From assembly GCA_963765895.1 (NCBI GenBank), contig CAVXZB010000025.1, forward strand, positions 1 through 64,000: DNA of 64,000 nucleotides, written 5' to 3'. A model generated the notes under the pieces. It did no database searches. It saw nothing but the letters and a program-made list of their open reading frames with translations, and was not told the DNA's origin. Source of the stretch: an uncultured Nitrososphaeraceae archaeon (GTDB lineage: Archaea; Thermoproteota; Nitrososphaeria; Nitrososphaerales; Nitrososphaeraceae). A program made the position numbers and the translations under genes. This document shows positions 1 to 13,033 of the stretch, piece after piece; the first letter of the stretch is position 1; each line of letters starts with the position of its first letter.

Positions 1-146
1 ATCTTCACTCGTATAACGAATGATCGATCAGAGAGATCTGATCATCCGTTGTCGATTTGACAGTTAGGTTTTGTTCACATAAATTGTGGAAATGCATGAT
101 GGGCGAGGATCTATATCTTATCTTGTATTTCAAGACTACTCTCTTT

Positions 147-530
147 TTACAAGTACATAGTGTGGTATATTTGCAATAGTCGCTGGATACGAAGAGTAAA
201 ATTCCCAGCTGACGCAAAGAGGGTTCTTGCTTCATCTACATTTGTTATAGTAGCAATATCTGTCACTCTCCTTCGTCTAAAAATTGGTTTGTTGTTGTTA
301 CTGATTTGGACCTGTGCCTGTTGCGGTAAGGAGGTCTGCACGAATTTGTGTGTATGTTCAATGCCATTTTCATCAATTAGCTGGGATCTTGTTTTTCCAG
401 TCCTCAGGATCGTCACCTACCTTATCGAAGCCAATTAGTTGGTTCGGATATCCACTGCCCTGCATCCGTCTCTTACATTCTTGCATCTTTTTTGGCGGTT
501 TTGATGCTTCCGCAGGTATTGTTGTTGACA
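147..530 (-). CDS. Hypothetical protein, frameshifted
   Basis: ORF 147..416 plus an upstream frame reading MSTTIPAEASKPPKKMQECK.. and GYPNQLIGFDKVGDDP, continuing into TGKTRSQLIDENGIEHTHKF. No recognised family. Confidence 0.4.
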
Positions 531-1421
531 TTGGCCTTAATCTGCAAGATTTGCTAATAATTCATGTGACACCAATAAGAGAGGGAGAGACCATACTTAC
601 AGATTATATATTGATTAGAATATTTTTGGCGGTTCTTCTCTAAGATTTAAAATTACTCAAGGGGCTTTTCTCATGCGAAAGAAAATTTTATCTACATCCA
701 CGTGAGATTATCCTACTTCGACGGTTGTTATCTATCTAACAGCAAGCGTAATGCATTAAGGCCACCAAGAGTGGGCTTGCATTAAGGTTGGGGGCCTCTT
801 TCTCTCGTGCGACGCCGAGAATGGGTATTATCAAATTTTGGATGTTTAGGCTCATTTAAAAAAATTTTTTAGTGTGAATGTTGCCTTTGGGGAGTATGTC
901 TACACAGCTTTTCGACCCTTTCCTCCTGTAGTGGAACCTATTTATATTACGGATATTATTGTTACAGGTGTAGTCGGGCTGCATACCGACGTCAATTATA
1001 CAACTCTTAATTCTTCATTCATTTAAAGAGTTGAAACGCCATGGGCGATCTTGCTCGAATAGACGATCATGGACTTGGCAGTCAGGCTATAACTATTAAC
1101 GCGAAAATGGTCGAGAAAAGCCCGATATTTAGTAATTGAACCTTTATCTGATGTTACCACAACTTTTTCAATTCGAATGATGATCCAGAAAAAATAATAA
1201 TAAGCAAAGTTGCAAGTTTCAGAAGAGTCATGTTAGTTAGGAAGATAATGTGACAATGTAAAATATGACTCAACATCGCGATTATCAGTCCGCCGCGTCC
1301 TATCTTCACTAATTTCAAAAGGTTTAGCGAGGAAAATCATCTGGCGTCACTCACTAAATTATTGCTTGGGATAAGAAATATACGAGGACGACCGATAAGA
1401 AAAACTAGAGGATCTAGTTCA

Positions 1422-2990
1422 ATGGGATTTGAAAATGAATATACTCTCAAAAACTTCCTGAAATCAAATGATGAGAGGGTATTTCATGAGAACTATGAGA
1501 AAGCAGTAAAAGATATCAAATCTCGTTTCGGTAAAAAATACTCAATGATCATTAATGGCAAGCATTATAATTCTTCAAAGACATTTACTGACACTTCGCC
1601 AATAGACAAAAGAATAAGACTAGGTTATTTCCCTTTGGCTACTAAAAAACATGTGAGAACGGCAGTCAAAGCGAGCCAAGACCGCATTTGAGAAATGGGG
1701 GAAAGTTAATTATAAATCTCGTATTGTCATCTGCTATGCTGGAGCAGATATAATATCTGAGCGTAAATTTGAATTAGCCGCATGGATTTCTTATGAAAAT
1801 GGTAAAAAGAGGGACGAGGCCATTGCTGACGTAGATGAAGCAATTGATTTCATCAGATACTATTCTAAAGAGATGGAAAGAAATAAGGGCTTCGTAGTCC
1901 TAACTAAGAATGCAAATTCAAATGAAGTAAGCAAGAGTTTGATGAAGCCATACGGTGTTTGGGCTGTAATCAGCCCATTCAATTTTCCTTTTGCCATCTT
2001 AGCGGGAATGAGTATCGCGGTAATTGTTACTGGCAACGCAGTAGTTCTAAAACCTGCAAGTGATACTCCTATTATCGGAAGTCTATTTGCAGAAATTTTG
2101 AAAGAAGCAGGCTTACCTGATGGAGGACTAAACCTTGTGACAGGGTCTGGATCAGATTGGAAAGGTAATTGTTGCAAGTCGTGATGTTGCGGGTATTGTG
2201 TTTACAGGTTCCAAAATGGTAGGACACAGAATTATGGAAGATTCCGGCAAAGTTATACCCAGGCCAGTTATCGCAGAACTTGGGGGCAAGAATCCGGTAA
2301 TAGTTACCGAAAATGCAGATATTAATAAGGCTGGAGAGGGGATTATAAAAGCTGCATTTGGTTATTCTGGTCAAAAATGTAGCGCATGTTCCAGAGTTTA
2401 TGTTCAGAAAAACGTAAAGGAATTATTGATGCAAAAACTAGTGGAGAAGACAAGGAATCTCTATATTGGAAATCCTCTAGACCAAGATATATTTATGGGT
2501 CCATTAATTAATCTGAATGCATATACAAATTATCAAAAATTCGCAAAAATCGCCTCCAGAGATGGTAGGGTAATATTCGGTGGAGCTGTAAAACGACAAG
2601 GTAGTTTGAAGCATGGTTATTACGTAGAACCGACTATTGTTGAGGATCTGCCCAAAAGTCATATGTTATTTAAGGAAGAGCTATTTGTACCGATTCTGTG
2701 TGTGCCGATACAAAGATTTTGATGAAGCATTAAAACTATGCAATGAGTCAGAATACGGACTGACGTCGGGCATTTATAGCAAGAAAAATGAAGAAATCGA
2801 CAGGTTTCTTGATAACTCAAAATCTGGAGTAGTATACGTTAATAGGACTGCTAGTGCTACAACCGGAGCCATGGTAGGTTCTCAACCATTTGGTGGTTGG
2901 AAAGATTCTGGTACGACGGGCAAAGGATCAGGAGGACCGTACTATTTGACTCAATTTCTAAGAGAGCAGAGCCAGACTGTTGTTACCTAA
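1422..2990 (+). CDS. Aldehyde dehydrogenase family, probable delta-1-pyrroline-5-carboxylate dehydrogenase (split by frameshifts)
   Basis: Consecutive ORFs carry ALDH motifs ISPFNFP, LKPASDTP, FTGS, AELGGKN, catalytic SGQKCSACSR, EELFVP, YGLTSG and QPFGGWKDSG. Lies next to proline dehydrogenase. Confidence 0.9.
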
Positions 2991-3182
2991 TCCAAGGCTC
3001 TTTTTAGAAAGACTAGTGCGATACTACTTTTGAATATATACTACAGTAACATAGAGTAACACCATCTTAATCTCAATTTAGTAAGATTATTTTGCGTGCA
3101 CCATTTTTCTAAGGCTTTAATAATGTAATTGTTAAAAAAGAAACTTTTGACAATACTTATAACAGTAATTGCATCTGCCGTA

Positions 3183-4031
3183 TTATGGCTGAAGAATAGA
3201 CCTTGCTAGTAATAGGATGTTTCTCTTTCTCTCTCTAATCCGACGTATGGAGTATGGAAGCCATTGATTACCATACGGTATATATTCAGACGTCTTAAGC
3301 TTTCGTTTTACAAGTATTTCTTTTAACTCATTATGAATACCCATAAGTAGCTGAAATTCGAATTTCTTTCTATCGGTACCAAACTTTTCTGATAACGAGA
3401 TCGCGTTAACAATCAGTTTGGGATCATGCGTTGCGATGGCAAAAATATTATTTCTGTTCTTGTCCTCAAATAACATTTTTGTCAATTTGGAAAAATTCGA
3501 ATTGATTTCGCTCATTGATTGAAAGGCGTTCTCTTCACATTGTCTGTATGCACCTTTTACTATTCTAACATTTGCTCCTTCTTCTAACAAATGCAGCAAG
3601 TCACTTGCGCTCCTCCTAAGATAGGATTGTAGAGCCACCCCTATCAACGAATTCTCCTTAAAAAGATCAAGGTAGATAGAAATTGTATTTTGGACATATT
3701 CAAAGGATTCAATGTCGATCCACATAAATTTGCCTAGGCTTTTAGCTTTTTTAGAAATTTGCCTAAGATTATTTAAACATTCTTCATACCCTCTCTTTAA
3801 TCCGACTTGAGTTGGTTTCACAGAAATACTACCGTCTATTCCATCCTTACTCACAAAATCTAATAGTAAGCAATATTCTTCTACTGTCTGTTCAATACTC
3901 TTGTTATTGGTATTATCTTCGCCTAGAAAATTCAAAATTGCAGAGATTCCTCTCTTATTGGAATTTCTGGCTGCTGATAATGCCTCCTTAGAAGTCATAC
4001 CCGAGACCCACTTTCTGGCTCCTCGATACAA
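3183..4031 (-). CDS. Proline dehydrogenase (monofunctional, PutB-like)
   Basis: Motifs ISVKPTQVG, WIDIE, RIVKGAY, IATHD, FEFQLLMGI and YIPYG..WLPYSIRRIRER. The start may be slightly upstream. Confidence 0.92.
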   Translation of the reverse strand: MYRGARKWVSGMTSKEALSAARNSNKRGISAILNFLGEDNTNNKSIEQTVEEYCLLLDFVSKDGIDGSISVKPTQVGLKRGYEECLNNLRQISKKAKSLGKFMWIDIESFEYVQNTISIYLDLFKENSLIGVALQSYLRRSASDLLHLLEEGANVRIVKGAYRQCEENAFQSMSEINSNFSKLTKMLFEDKNRNNIFAIATHDPKLIVNAISLSEKFGTDRKKFEFQLLMGIHNELKEILVKRKLKTSEYIPYGNQWLPYSIRRIRERKRNILLLARSILQP

Positions 4032-4973
4032 CAGTCTTTCAAGTAAGGTACTGTTGTGTAATGCTGGTGGTGAGGCTAGATTTTGTGTTCTAGATATTTC
4101 AGAATACCAATTTTCAGTTACAATAATATACTTACGTTGATTACTCTATTAAATTTTCATATCGAATGGTTTTTTCAATGGACTATCGCCTAAAGTAATT
4201 CCAAGTAACTATGAAAGCATTTAACCAGACAATAGGTGGGCTGAATGATTTAACGAATTTAAGTCAATGGATATGGATCGACACAATCCACATACAGGGG
4301 GTATATTGTTAATTATTGATCGGGTCGTAGTTCTTAACAGGAATAGTTGAAGGTATAAATGAGCGGAGAAATCATGCCTTGGTCAGGCATTAATATCCAG
4401 GATTCGATCTGTACGTTTGGGTCGTTTTTCAGCATCAATGAGACCTCTACTATTACAAGATCTCTGGTAATTTAGACTATGTTAAATCTACCTCTCTCTA
4501 AAAATCAAGAATCAATCCATTGAAGCAATATGTTTGTAGGTATTACTGGTTAAAATATTGTCAATTCCTGTCTCTACTTGATTATTGATTTTGTGGTAAC
4601 TTCCGTAACAACGCCCAGTGCATTGCTAAGTTCAGGTATTAGCCATGTAGACTTAATTTTAATTTCAGTCGATATGGTAAATTATGGGGCCGAATTTACT
4701 ATGCATTATTATCTAGAGATCATCTTTGGTAAACGTACTTAACCGAAGATGATTTAATACAACATTTACGATCTGCTTATACCAATAACTGTAGCATGTA
4801 TAGAAAAAACTCGCCTCTTTTTGGGTATCAAAAATGAGTAGTATGCACTTCATATATATCGATTTTCAATCCATGTGATCTCGATATACTTTATGGTGAT
4901 CTTTTCCTTATAACAGATATCGAAAATTGGACTCATATTTCTTTCTCCTTCTCCTTCTCCTATGAGTGAACGT

Positions 4974-5466
4974 TCAAGAGATCCTTGTCCCCATGGTTTT
5001 GGATGACCAGAACGTCCCACCTAATTTTTTCCATTTCATATAATCTTCTAGAATATTTTTATGATCAAATGCAAATTTTTCATCTGGTATATCCTCTAAA
5101 TTTATCCAATATAGTTCCAAGGCATCATCAGGCAGCTGCAGTTGCTTTAACTTTCCCATTTCTACTAGTAGGAATTTTTCCTATAAATACCGTAGACATA
5201 TTGTGTCCCCTAGGATCTCTTTTAGGATCCGAATACACGCCGAGAATATCAATTAGTTCAATATCCAACGATGTTTCTTCGTTTACTTCGCGTTTTGCCG
5301 CATCTTCTACTGTTTCTCCTTCATTTACAAAACCCCCTGGGATTGCCAAATATTCTCTAAATGGTTCATTCTTTCTTTTAACTAATAAAATACGAGAAGC
5401 CATTTGTATGATGACATCTACAGTAGGAATTGGGTTCTTATGTCCCTCTTTCTTCATAACTATCAT
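4974..5466 (-). CDS. Nudix hydrolase (frameshifted)
   Basis: Nudix box GGFVNEGETVEDAAKREVNEETSL, RDPRGH, and C-terminal AFDH in the second frame. Confidence 0.9.
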
Positions 5467-6157
5467 AATAAATAGGACCGGTTAATAAGATAACTATATT
5501 CACTAATTGATAAATGATTTATTCAAAATTAATTTTTTGCATAGCCAATTACATCGATTTTGTCCCAATCTCTCAGATAGCAATTGGTATTTATGATTAT
5601 AACATCTAGTAACGTCATGTGCGCCTCTAAGAATCGAAAATGTATAATAAAGTAACATTAAGATTCCAAAATATTGTCTGTTATAGATTGTGCAGATTAG
5701 CCATAATCCGGCGAGCCAATATATTATTATATTGATAAGTGATTAAATTCCTTATTCGCATTTTGTGGGATTTCTACGATCGATCGATCCGATTCTTTTA
5801 AGGATTAATTCTAATCTTAAAATCGACAAAGTGAAGACGCTGAAGCGGATTGATTAACAACTTGATAACAAATAGCAGATCTATGCACAGTAAGGAATTT
5901 CGAAATATGTCGACTCCCGTAAGATAGTATGATCTGTCTGGTAGTTTACTACTATCATAAACGCATGGGTGAACTATTCTATTTAAAGGAAGTTCGTTAA
6001 TTATCCTACAATAGTATTAATGGTCACGAGTTTAGTGAACAGGGAATATCTCAATACCATCTAGCAACTATTTATGGGCAATATGAGCACACAGTTAGAT
6101 TATTGAATTATTTGTAGCAGGTCAATCTGAAGCAGTTGTTTTATTTCTCTGCAGTGC

Positions 6158-6343
6158 CTACATATCTGTACCTAAAACTCCTGCGTTCCCCCAGTTTTCT
6201 TTTGAAACTTCGTAAATCAAAATTCTTATCTTTTCCTCTTGAGTTTTCATGATCCTTGCCGTTTCCTTTGTCAATACTTTAATAAGTTCTCTTTTTTGCT
6301 CTACCGATCTGCCTTGGCTCATCGTTATTTGTATAACAGGCAT
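6158..6343 (-). CDS. 4-oxalocrotonate tautomerase family
   Basis: 61 aa with N-terminal Pro after Met, GRSVEQKRELI and ENWGNAG. Confidence 0.9.
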   Translation of the reverse strand: MPVIQITMSQGRSVEQKRELIKVLTKETARIMKTQEEKIRILIYEVSKENWGNAGVLGTDM

Positions 6344-7031
6344 ATTTCTTTACGGCTTTTCAGTATTATTTATTGGCTTGGAACAGATAACTTTTTTAGG
6401 TAAAATCGAGTTGATTATGTCCGCCTCCACATTGAGAGACACATTATGTTACGAATGTCAATCTTACTAAGCATCAAATGGGCGTCATTAAACACGTTGC
6501 GAAATGCGATTTCGTCTCAGATTAGTTTAATTTTAGCATTTATAGCATTAAAAATTGTAATTGAGTTCATCTCTGCTATTGACGGCACCGTTATAGAAGT
6601 ATAGTTTGTTACTGGTGTATTGTTATGTTTTACGCATAGATAACAAGTACTCTAGATACTCTGGATACTAATATAGTAGTAATTATAGCAATTGCTATAA
6701 CAACTACTGCTACCCTGCCCACATGACTTAGGTACAAAACTATTGAGCAATAGCAGGTAATACGCAGACAAATTTCGTAAGTAGTTTTTGGAGGCGATCG
6801 GTTACAGTCAAATGACCATAGGCGATATTACACTTCTTTAAATATTATCTTACAAACATATTTTGTGGGTTATCTAGTGGATTCCATTATATAGATTTCG
6901 TTATATCGGACAATTCATATTGCATTAAACACTACGAATTCAAATTCTTGATCTGATAGCACAAACCCATTCATCTATTGTAAATACATGGCTACGGCTA
7001 TGTAATGCCCTCATCTGGCGGTTATATTAGA

Positions 7032-8008
7032 CTATAGGAAAATTAGTGAGTCCGTATCACATACTGGACATATTCTTAAAAGAAATTTAGCATCCTCGGT
7101 GTATGAATCGACTACACTTTTTCTATAGTCGCGCAAATCTATTCCGATATAGATAAACCTGTCGCAATTGCTACATAAGCATTCAAGGGCAATTTTGTTA
7201 TAGTCTTCCCTAATTCAAATCGAGATTGCTCAAACTTTTCAAAGTCATGCGAAACAACTTTCATTCTTCTTTCAATATCCAACTTGAGAGCATGCAATAT
7301 TAGTTTCTGATTTTCAGGATCTGATTCATCTAGTGTATCAAGAAATATGTTATTGAAGCGAATTCTGGTGTGTACATCTTCAAAATCTAATCTCCAAATA
7401 TAATTAAATAGATCTTTAATTTTGAGAAGATTGCCTTCAGATATACCCTGTCTAAAAAGGGCAATAATATTTTTAAATTCCTTTCTGTCATTACATTTTT
7501 TAACGAACTTTGAAAGGAAGATATTGGATGCTGAAGAATGTTTTCGTATTGTAAAGATATCACTAACTAAGGTATAAATTTCATTTTGAATCAGTTCTTC
7601 ATCGCAATTTTCATCAAAACTTTCGATAATCCAGGCAAGTAAATAACCAAATTTGGTACATCGATATTCCAGAGTAGTTCCAGTTCCCTTTTTCACTGGT
7701 CTATTTCCGGAGATGCGAATCAAATCTAAATCTATTAGATCTTGCAGTTTTTTCTTGATTGTACTTTGTCGATTTTCTACTCTAACTTTAGTAGGCTTAT
7801 GGGAAGAACTGTTAGTATTCTTAGTTAGCCAATCTGTAACTTCCCACCATGTAAAAGAATGATTATTACCATTTTCAGATTGTTGATTCCGTCTGAGAAA
7901 TAAACAATATTCAAGGATATTCTGATAAGTACGCGCGCTATTGGTATACTGACCATCCTCTCTTTTTGAAAAGACAGATCCTATACTAACTGATTCGGCA
8001 GTTCTCAA
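7032..8008 (-). CDS. Putative winged-helix protein with C-terminal C4 Zn ribbon (paralog A, frameshifted)
   Basis: LQDLIDLDLIRISG..KKGTGTTLEYRCTKFG resembles a wHTH wing. An alternate frame at 7032-7208 gives ECLCSNC...ICPVC and a stop. Confidence 0.6.
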
Positions 8009-8048
8009 TTATGTAACTAGATCTCAATTTAATCGATATTTAGAAAAT

Positions 8049-9048
8049 TTACAATCTCGGAAGGATAATAGATCTTTTATGACACTCGGAACATTCTGAC
8101 TTACGTACCGGTGTATGTGGTGCAAGATTACTTTTTCTTAAATAATAGAGAATCTCGCTGTCTACCCAAAGATAGCGGTTAAGCTTTTACATCTTGCTTC
8201 TAAAACAACTCTATCTGGACATCCTCTTAATTCAAATCGTCGCTGTTCAAAATCTTTATGAATCACTTGTATCCTTCCGGACATCTCTTGTTCCAGTAAG
8301 AGCTTAATCTCATAAAAAAGTAACACTTTTACTTCTGGATCTATTTCCTTTATTGCTTGAAATAATAAGTCTGCGTATAGTAGCGCTTTTCCTGTATCAT
8401 CAAAAGATAATAATTCTAATCGCTGAACAAGGTCATCTATCGTCTTTATTTCCATACTTGAATTAAGTCTAGATATCAAAATATCAATTCCAAATTCGTC
8501 AAATAGTCCTCTATCCATATATTTTTTAAATAGTGTGCATAGAATTCATCATAAGATGAATGGTGTTCTTGGAAGTATGAGTTAAAGAGATTGTATATCC
8601 CAACTGAGATATCTGGCTGAGGCTTCTCAGATTCCATAATTTCAATTAATAATGCAATAAGATGGCCAACAAAAGTAGGCCTGTACACTGGTATAATGTC
8701 ACTAGTTCCCCGTCTTTGTTCAGCCGTTTCGAATTTAATGAGGTCCAGATCGTGCAAATCACTTAATAGATCCTTTATGCGTTGAAGAACATATTCAATC
8801 CTATTGGGCTCATTAGTTCGATTAGACGGTCTATGTTGATAACGGTCAACAAATTCAATATAGTTATCCAGTAACCATTTGGCTAAGTCTCGATCATAGA
8901 AGATCTCGTCATATTTATGAGCAGGATTATCTTTCTGAGCGACAAGCATGTAAGAAAGAATTTTTTGGGCTAATCTTGCATTCGATCTAATGTATTCACC
9001 ATCATCATCCTTTCTGAAAATATCACTTATACTTGAGATTCCGGCCAC
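8049..9048 (-). CDS. Putative winged-helix protein with C-terminal C4 Zn ribbon (paralog B, frameshifted)
   Basis: Aligns by eye with paralog A (DGEY..SNAR, LSDLHDLDLI, RGTS..YRPTFVG, FEQRRFEL). The tail frame gives ARCKS..NRY...ECSECH and a stop. Confidence 0.6.
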
Positions 9049-9107
9049 GAAAGGCTAACACCTTACAGAGAAAATCAACTTCCACGAACTGGTGAGGAAC
9101 GAAGAAG

Positions 9108-11784
9108 ATGAATGCTAAGGGTATGTTAGCAAACGATAGAGATAAATGTTTCCAAGACAAAGGAACTGACTCTAGTTTTATTAACACAGCAATCATAAAT
9201 CAAATGCTTGGATTACCAGAAGGAGAGTTCTGGAAGCTCGTTTCGATCCGTCTGAATGTGCCACAATCCAAAGCAAATCAGAAAGAATTAGAAGATGAAC
9301 ATCGCGAATATTGGTCTTGGAATTATCTGATAGAAGAGATCTTCCTGCATATTGCTTCATTAAAGGTTTTAGTTGCTCACAATGATAGGCAAATTACCAT
9401 TTACAAGTACTATAGTCAAGCTCTGCGTCTTAAAAAATGGATTCCTATAGCAAAGCCGCCAGTTGAATTTGTCATCAACGCATCAGACCTAACTGCAAGA
9501 ATATTAGCCGAACTTAAGGCATTAGGACAGGAAGAATCGCAACAGGTACTAAAATTAGCAGTCTGTACAAATTTTCGAAAATATTGTTGGTCCAAGGTAT
9601 ACTCATGGTAGTATAGTTCGAAATCTCAGTGTGAGGTTAGATGGATAATGGCAGTTGCAGCGTATCCAAGGTACTCTAGTTTCTGAGGCAAAGAAGATTA
9701 AGTCTGGACAGATAACAGTTACCGGAATCATAAGCTCTCTTTCGACTCAATACTGGGTAATATCTGATTCAAAGTGGGAATGCAATAATCCTAATTGTAA
9801 CCAAGTTGGTAGCCAGAATTATATACCGCCTCGTATGCTCCCACCAAAACGTCTGGACAATACCTCGGGTACCGAATTAAAGTGCTTTGAATGTCACAGC
9901 ACCGCGTTTACTGTCAGCCACGAATACCATACAGCCAAGACTATTCAAGTCCTTGATGCTGATAATAACCATAATGAAAATTACGATTCACTTGAAATAG
10001 TGTTATATGATGAATCATGGAGTCATGCATTTGCTGGAGAGATTGTAGACATAACAGGCGAGCTTTACGTCCAGCCAAAGACACAAAGCGTAATCAATGG
10101 CAACGGGAAGAAACTTGTCAGTGTTTTACATAGTAGTACGCTTGATTCAAAACATAGAGAAGAGATAACAATCACTTCTAAGGATATTGAAATATTTAAG
10201 AGACATAAGGCAATATGTGAAAGGACTTATCAAAATGAACTTGATGCCATAAAATGTAATCCAGAACTAGCAAAAAAGATCAAACCAATGCGATATATCG
10301 ATAGAGTAGTTGCGATGTTTGCACCCAATGTAATCGGCTATGATGACAAGAAATTAGGATTATTAAGATCCATAGTTGGCGCTAGATCGGATCATGGAAC
10401 TGATAATGGAAGGCGTGGAAGAATAAACACGTTACTGGTTGGTGAGCCTGGGACAGCAAAAAGCACATTGGCAAGGGAGGCTAGCCTTTTGTTACCTAAT
10501 TCTAGATACGTAACGGCTCAAAATGCTAGTGGCAAAAGTCTCATTGCAATCGTTGACAAGGAAAATGATAGTTTGATATGCAGATACGGAGTGGTAGTAC
10601 TAGCCAAAGGAGCAGTATGTGCGATAAATGAAATTGGCGCTATGAATCCCACTGATCAACAATTCTTACTCGATATTGCTGAGGAAGGTAGGTGTACTGT
10701 CAGACAAGTACGGGACGCATTTCGAGATAGATGCACCCACGACTATTATAGCAACGGCAAATCCATATAACCAAACTTGGAACAAAAGCTTTAACATAAG
10801 TAAAGATGAAATACCTATACTCAAACCACTTCTTGATAGATGTGACCAGGTATACGGGTTTATGGATGCCACGTCAGAAAAAGAAATTGATGAATATGTC
10901 ATACAGAAAACTAAGATAAGAAACAGGCCGCCACATAATAGTAATTTCCTGAGGAAATTTAATGTCTTTGCAAAAACTATTCAGCCCATTATGGCTGCCG
11001 GTGTGGACGACAGACTAAATCAATTTTGGAAGAATGGCAGGATTCAAGGAGTGGCCACGAACAGGACATATGACTCGATATTTAGGATTGCTCAAGCTCA
11101 AGCTCGACTTAATCTCAGTGATGAAGTTACAGATGATATCGCTACTCAAGCAATGGATTCGATAAGCCTGATGTTATCGCAGTATGGCAAAGTTGTGCAG
11201 ACAATACAAAGCCCCCGGAACGTTACATATGACATGTTTGTAAATGTCTTAAAACAGACCAAAAGTGGGATATTAATTACACAACTATGTAGGATAGCAT
11301 GCGAGGAAAACAAACAAGTATCTGAATATGTAGGCGAAAAATGGGATGTCCAACATAATCGTAAGTTAAGAACTGTAATTAAGATGCTTCTAAACCACAC
11401 AAAAATAAAACTGATAAAGGCTAAGCCTCTGGTTTTACAATACTTTGACGAGGTAACATCTGACGCATATGACATATATGACACAACTATCAAGGCCAGT
11501 CAAAATAATGTGGCACAGTCCACAACTGACCTATCTGACATATATGACCGGCAGCGACTGACACCAATAAATTGGCCGAAGCTACGATTAATGAACAAAA
11601 TAATTGGCCATCTGACCCATATGACATATCTGACACAACTACAGACCTGCAGTTTAACTCAGAGCAGGAATCACGCAATATCTTCAGACTTGGAAGATCT
11701 GATACTTGGGCTTGTGAACGGTGTAGACAGAAAGGTGATATACACTACATGAATGTACATTTGTGTAAGGGAGAGGCAAAATAA
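9108..11784 (+). CDS. Divergent MCM-family AAA+ helicase of a mobile element (split into 4 ORFs)
   Basis: Zn motif CNNPNC..CFEC, MFAPNVIG, Walker A GEPGTAKS, Walker B CAINEIGAM, IIATANP, Arg finger LLDRCD, RIAQAQARL, and a C-terminal CERC..H..HLC finger. 9108..9611 may be a separate gene. Confidence 0.85.
11461..11636 (+). repeat. Three iteron-like triplets of TGAC at 9-bp period inside the MCM 3' end
   Basis: TGACGCATATGACATATATGACAC (11461), TGACCTATCTGACATATATGAC (11527), TGACCCATATGACATATCTGACAC (11613). Confidence 0.8.
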
Positions 11785-11815
11785 CATCGAATTACTTCGA
11801 ATAAATAATAGTTAA

Positions 11816-12589
11816 ATGAAATTCTGTATAATTCAATGTAAAAAACTTAGTTATAGGATAACTTTGAATTCAGATAGTTCATTTAAATATCAGCAAGTTT
11901 CTGATGATCAAGATCATGGCTTCAGAAGCAGGACTGGTCCTCACAAACCTCGAAAAGATTTTGCCTTTTTTATTAAACCACACATAAAGTGTGGTCAGTT
12001 AATAAGCAATAGAATTAATAACATAAGGGTAACTACTCTTCGTGATGAATCGGAGGAATTTAATGGAATCGTTTGGAGTCTGCCCCTAACAAACAAGGAT
12101 TATCGAAGGAAAAGATTGTCATTTTCTAGGACTGCCGGAAATTGCGCGGCCAGGGCTAATCTGATAAGGAATAATACAACTTTTAGAAGTAAATTGCCAC
12201 TACACTGGAGATTAGGACTCGATCCACTTCCACAAGAATGTCATATTGCATCACCAAGAGGCTTCAATCATGAGGGGTTTGTAGATGCATTGCCTTTCGC
12301 TTACTTAGGTGAATTATTCTACAATAATTCAGTTACAACTATACCAAGAGATAGACAGGATGAGCTTTTTTTATTTTTTTCATTTGAGCAATCTGAGTCA
12401 ATTCATCTAATTTCTTCGTTAGGTAGAGGTATTACACAGGAGGACATGCAGAATCTAGCTCTTTCATTTAACATTGATTATGAAATCCAAATTCAATTTA
12501 AAAGCGATAAGCACGATGATCTAACAGAGAAGATGTTCAAGCTAAATGCGAGGTCATGGAACGAGATTGCCTTCAATCAGATCAGATAA
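11816..12589 (+). CDS. Hypothetical protein
   Basis: 257-aa ORF with no recognised motif. Confidence 0.55.
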   Translation: MKFCIIQCKKLSYRITLNSDSSFKYQQVSDDQDHGFRSRTGPHKPRKDFAFFIKPHIKCGQLISNRINNIRVTTLRDESEEFNGIVWSLPLTNKDYRRKRLSFSRTAGNCAARANLIRNNTTFRSKLPLHWRLGLDPLPQECHIASPRGFNHEGFVDALPFAYLGELFYNNSVTTIPRDRQDELFLFFSFEQSESIHLISSLGRGITQEDMQNLALSFNIDYEIQIQFKSDKHDDLTEKMFKLNARSWNEIAFNQIR

Positions 12590-12701
12590 ACTATATTTCA
12601 CTTTGATATCGATCATAGGCGAGCAAGCAAATCTTTCTCTCATTTCATTAATTTACAGATGACTTTTCTGATTCCAGAGACGTAATCTTTCCGGATCTAA
12701 C

Positions 12702-12875
12702 GTCATATTGGTCATATATGTCAGATGATTGAAATACACAGGCATTCACTGCTATTCAAAATTTATCACAAATGGAGTGTCATATATGTCAGATGTGTCA
12801 GATAGAGATTCAACAGAAGATATCGTAGGTGTGAAACTAGCAGTAACGAAAATATCAGATAAGCCATATAGGTCA
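12702..12875 (-). repeat. Three iteron-like triplets, same motif as 11461-11636 but inverted
   Basis: GTCA at 9-bp period starting at 12702, 12779 and 12854 (the last degenerate). Confidence 0.75.
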
Positions 12876-13033
12876 GATAGTTCTTACTTCTGGTGAGATA
12901 TAAAGATAGGAATATTAAATTGTACAGTGTGTACAAAGTTATATCATTTACAGGTAGATCGGCAACATAGAAGCATCAAGGAACTTGATTAATGGAGTTA
13001 AATTCTAGGTTAGGAATTTAGTATTTACCTTCC

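Noticed and set aside
9655-11784. MCM as the chromosomal replicative helicase
   Set aside because: Divergent motifs, extra C-terminal finger, embedded repeats and accessory context favour a mobile-element paralog.
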